Source of the DNA: Eledone cirrhosa
Taxonomy: Eukaryota
Length of the DNA stretch: 64,000 bases
Direction: 5' to 3'
Assembly: GCA_964016885.1 (NCBI GenBank)
Contig: OZ024754.1
Location: 15,004,001-15,068,000 of the forward strand
Shown here: positions 60,065 through 64,000 of the stretch, piece by piece
Layout of the letters: each line of letters begins with the position of its first letter
Numbering within the stretch: the first letter of the stretch is position 1
Translations under genes and position numbers: made by a program
Notes under the pieces: generated by a model
The model's database searches: none
Told to the model about the DNA's origin: nothing
What the model saw: the letters and a program-made list of their open reading frames with translations, nothing else

Positions 60065-61014
60065 AGTATATATATATATTATTTTTATATTCTTTTAATT
60101 TCCCTTCATCTTTAACACCACTTTTCAACTCCATCTAACTCTTATTTATCATATCTATATGTATTAGTATAATTTTATCAATATAAATATACCCATCAAT
60201 TAAATTAATTTATATTCTTTTCATAGATGTATTTTTTTTCACTAACATTCTTATCATAAAACCTTAGATATTTGTATTGGCATTACTATTTTATAACAGC
60301 AACTGCTTGTATACCTTTTACTGACCACCTGACCTATTTTCACCCCTAAAATAAGCTTCAATTACTACTATTTTACCATTTGGCCAATTATTAACTTTCT
60401 ATTGGTTAATTCTAAACCTCTTACCAAACAGACAGAATATATTAGATCTCTGTTGGTTTTATTCAATGAACAAATAAAATTATTTCTGAGGTCAGAATGA
60501 GACCTATTTCTTCCCTAAAATAATCCTTCATTCATAATATTCTTTTCCATCCAAAACTGAAATCTACCTTCCTCTACCCATAATTTAAGGTTCTTCTACT
60601 ACTATATTACTATCTTGACCCTCACTATCTCTCTATTGGTCAATTCAAAACCTGTTCCCAAACAGACCTATTGTATTGAATCTTTGGTTTTTTTTTCAAT
60701 AAACAAATATCATTATTTCTATCCCGCCGAGGTTGACTTTGCCTTTCATCCTTACGGGGTCGATAAAATAAAGTACCAGTAATGCACTGGCATAATTGCT
60801 GGCCTTGTGCCAAAAGTAGAAACAATTATTTCTGAAGACAGCATATATATGTGTAGGTATGTATATTCCCTCTGATAGTTTGTATAAATATTGTACATAG
60901 ATCTATAGAATATGCATACCAACTCTAACACATATATATCCTAGAAACGATCGTAAAATGATGAATTTTTTTTAATATAAGGAACTGTTTCTTTGTTTAT
61001 TCATTGTTTTATTA

Positions 61015-61020
<6 letters not shown>
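57905..61020 (+). mobile_element. PLE 3' fragment (GIY-YIG 59040-59442) with 3' UTR/pLTR and an inverted copy of it
   Basis: GNCLVNNIVYKC..YIG..CRLC..CNH; 58040-58870 is the reverse complement of about 60080-61020; small fold-back at 59008-59071. Confidence 0.85.
58097..58236 (-). ncRNA. Hammerhead with about 105-nt stem II domain; twin at 60824-60963(+)
   Basis: CAUUAUUU CUGAAGA..AUAUAUAUGUGU...ACACAUAUAUAU..GAAAC GAUC GUA AAAUGAUG. Confidence 0.68.
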
Positions 61021-61087
<67 letters not shown>

Positions 61088-61321
61088 CATTGTATATGAA
61101 AGTAAACAAAAATAACAAATCAAAACGACACAGTTCAATGAAGAAATATATTAGTTTAACAGTTGATATAGTAGGAAAACAGTCTTTACGTTTCGGATGC
61201 TAGTACTTCATCAGCAAATAGAATGGGAAATAAGAGGTGAAATAGAAAGATAGATTGATAGTGAGAAAAAGAAGAAACAACAAAAACGTTTTTTTAGAAA
61301 AAACACGTGCGTGTACACACA

Positions 61322-61375
<54 letters not shown>

Positions 61376-61458
61376 GGAGGTGAGTTTTATTGTAGTACAA
61401 TAAAGCAATGCAGATATCGGATAAGAAGCACTCTACAGTTTGTAGGACTGGAGTATAA

Positions 61459-61796
61459 ATAATATATAAGATCAAAAGATGGTTAAAAGAGTTCCATGTA
61501 TTTTATTATGCGCATTTCAAAAACAAATATCATCATGCAATAACATTTGTGTTTTCATCAGATAAAATAGGAAGACATGATATGAAGGTTAAAAAACACT
61601 TGTGAATAGTGCAGTTTTAAATCAACATATCTTGATATATTGATTTAAAACTGCACTATTCACAAATGTGTTTTAACCTTCATATCATGTCTTCCTATTT
61701 TATCTGATGAAAACACAAATGTTATTGCATGATGATATTTGTTTTTGAAATGCGCATAATAAAATACATGGAACTCTTTTAACCATCTTTTGATCT

Positions 61797-61806
<10 letters not shown>
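61459..61806. repeat. About 350-bp fold-back carrying an HHR on each arm
   Basis: Near-perfect arms centred at about 61632; homologous to 15338-15505. Confidence 0.9.
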
Positions 61807-61876
<70 letters not shown>

Positions 61877-61884
61877 ATATATAT

Positions 61885-61955
<71 letters not shown>

Positions 61956-62037
61956 AGGAGAGAGAATGTATAGAGGGATATATAGGGTAGGCAGACGCAC
62001 AAAATAGAGAATATTAGACTAAATAAATATATCTTAC

Positions 62038-62098
62038 AATTTGTTGTACTTTGTCGCTCGAATTGTAGCATAAATGAACATAGGTAGCAACGGGAAAA
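62038..62098 (-). CDS. Same GPCR, TM4 exon (not in ORF track)
   Basis: cttcag|TT...TT|gtaaga; 61 bp, phase 1 to 2; (V)FPLLPMFIYATIRATKYNK. Confidence 0.88.
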
Positions 62099-62199
62099 CT
62101 GAAGGAAAGAGTACACAACAAGTCATCATCTATCTACAGAGTCAGAGCATAGAAACATAAGTAATATATACATAGTAAATTCATATATTCATAGTTATG

Positions 62200-62286
<87 letters not shown>

Positions 62287-62313
62287 AGTGTGTGTGTGTG
62301 TTGGTTGTGTGTG

Positions 62314-62444
62314 TGTTTCTGAGGAAGACGGTGGGATTGAGCAGGGATTTCGAGACTAGAAACAGGCAGCGACGTAACCACTACCTGCTTGTCAATATAT
62401 CGATGTTCCATGATCAATCAACCCTCTGAAACGATCGTAAAACA
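62314..62444 (+). ncRNA. Hammerhead with long stem II domain
   Basis: UGUUU CUGAGGA AGAcGGU..GAUUGA...UCAAUCaACCcUCU GAAAC GAUC GUA AAACA. Confidence 0.62.
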
Positions 62445-62494
62445 ATGAACTAATTAACTACCTACTTTTGACTATTGTTTTATTTTCATTGTTC

Positions 62495-62580
<86 letters not shown>

Positions 62581-63667
62581 CATATATATAACCTGGCGGA
62601 GCCCATCTCCTGTCCATCACCGATTCTTTCCTGAGATGCTTGAGAGAGAAGAGAGAGAGAAAGAGATTGAGATTGAGAGAGAGAGAGAGAGATTGAGATT
62701 GAGAGAGAGAGAGAGAGAGAGATTGAGAGAGAGAGGGGGAGAGAGAGAGAGTGAGAGAGCGAGAGACAGATAGACAGACAAAAGGAGACAATTGACTATT
62801 TTTATCGACTTCTTAAGGATGAAAGGCAAAGTTGATCCCGACAGAATTTGACCTCAGAATGTAAGACGCCAGAAGAAATACCACGCAAAACTTTTCGTCC
62901 GATGCTCTCACGATTCTGTCAATCCAACACACTACAGATAACTATAATAAGAGTTGATAATCATAAATAATAGCTGAATAAAATTTCCCATACCTGAAAA
63001 TTCGTCCAGGACTTACTTTTGTAGTGGCCTACATTCCGCGGGCTCACATACATTCTCTGTGCGTGATTTGGCTCAGTTCAGCCAATCAGCGCCAGTAGAA
63101 GAGGATGTATCCCTACGCGCCCTGAGGAAGAAATTCCCCGCGAAGATTTGAAGAATCTCTCTCTTGTACCAGAAACTTCGAGCCAGCAACACGCATAATG
63201 TAACAGTGAGATATTGCACCCCTAGCCTCGCCGACTTAACGGCGCAATGGCACATTCCCTTTTGTAACCTCTTTTTATCTGTAACTTCAACCATATAAAT
63301 AAACATACATTTCATCTCTAATTACTGCTGTTGAAATCATTATTATGTTACTCGTGTCTCAATAACAACTATAATCCATGCTGCTGGAATTGGCGACCTG
63401 ACGAAAGGAATATTGTAAATAGATGGTAAATAGATCGAGGGACCTTCCCTCACGTCTATGTCAACAAGATAATCCAACGAGGATACTATCACTTACCACA
63501 CTGGCAACTAACGACCTTCAATCATCTACCCTGTTAAAGTAACGACCACTGATTCTACCACCCTGCTAAAGTGGCGATAACATCAACAACTAATACTGCT
63601 AAACTTTTTTTTTTAAATGAAGAAAAAATCATTTTCAGACCTGTAGCAAGGTAACTGTAACACTTAC

Positions 63668-63818
63668 CCCACACCAACAAGTAATACCCTATTAAACGTG
63701 TTGGTTGTTTAAAGGTAGCTGTGAGAAGACGATATAGGTAGAAACCTTCGATAAACATGCAGCAGAAGTTGGTGTTACGACAGTACCGTGTGATGAAGTA
63801 CAACAACCGGCAGCCAAC
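63668..63818 (-). CDS. Class B1 GPCR (calcitonin/DH31 receptor-like), exon encoding TM3-ICL2-start of TM4
   Basis: ctacag|GTT...TGG G|gtaagt; 151 bp; VGCRLLYFITRYCRNTNFCCMFIEGFYLYRLL...YYLLVW matches the secretin-family C..L..Y...N...M..EG.YL motif. Confidence 0.92.
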
Positions 63819-64000
63819 CTGTAGGCAAAAAAGAAATAGGGGAAACAAATATAAAAAATATATATGAAAAATTAATAAATATCCAGAACATAAACATACA
63901 CACACACTCAACTACGCCATATACTAAAAAGTACGTAGACGTATACTTTCTCACATAAGCGTATTTGCGTCTACATAGAAATACGAACAGGAACATAAAT

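Noticed and set aside
62994-63315. GC-richer stretch with an 80-aa ORF and donor-like sites
   Set aside because: No recognisable protein motif and not needed for the GPCR frame; probably a decayed repeat

Overview
AT-rich, microsatellite-saturated animal genomic DNA. The repeat content suggests a coleoid cephalopod such as octopus, which is inference only. One host gene is visible: the 3' seven exons (TM3 to stop) of a minus-strand class B1 calcitonin/DH31-receptor-like GPCR at 29871-63818, with canonical GT-AG sites and matching phases; its 5' part lies beyond the window. The rest is (TA)n/(TATG)n/(GA)n tracts, minisatellites, tRNA-derived SINEs, mariner, MITE and Helitron remnants, R4- and CRE-type LINE fragments, and several Penelope-like elements (PLEs, mostly Naiad-type). 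The main hidden signal is RNA structure. I count about 30 type I hammerhead ribozyme (HHR) motifs from roughly 15 unrelated sequence families, mostly at element ends abutting (TA)n and often as inverted pairs. They include 310-bp tandem retrozyme-like arrays with pairing-preserving substitutions and a multi-copy family with a fixed non-canonical core (CAGAAGA). All folds were read by eye and none was computed.
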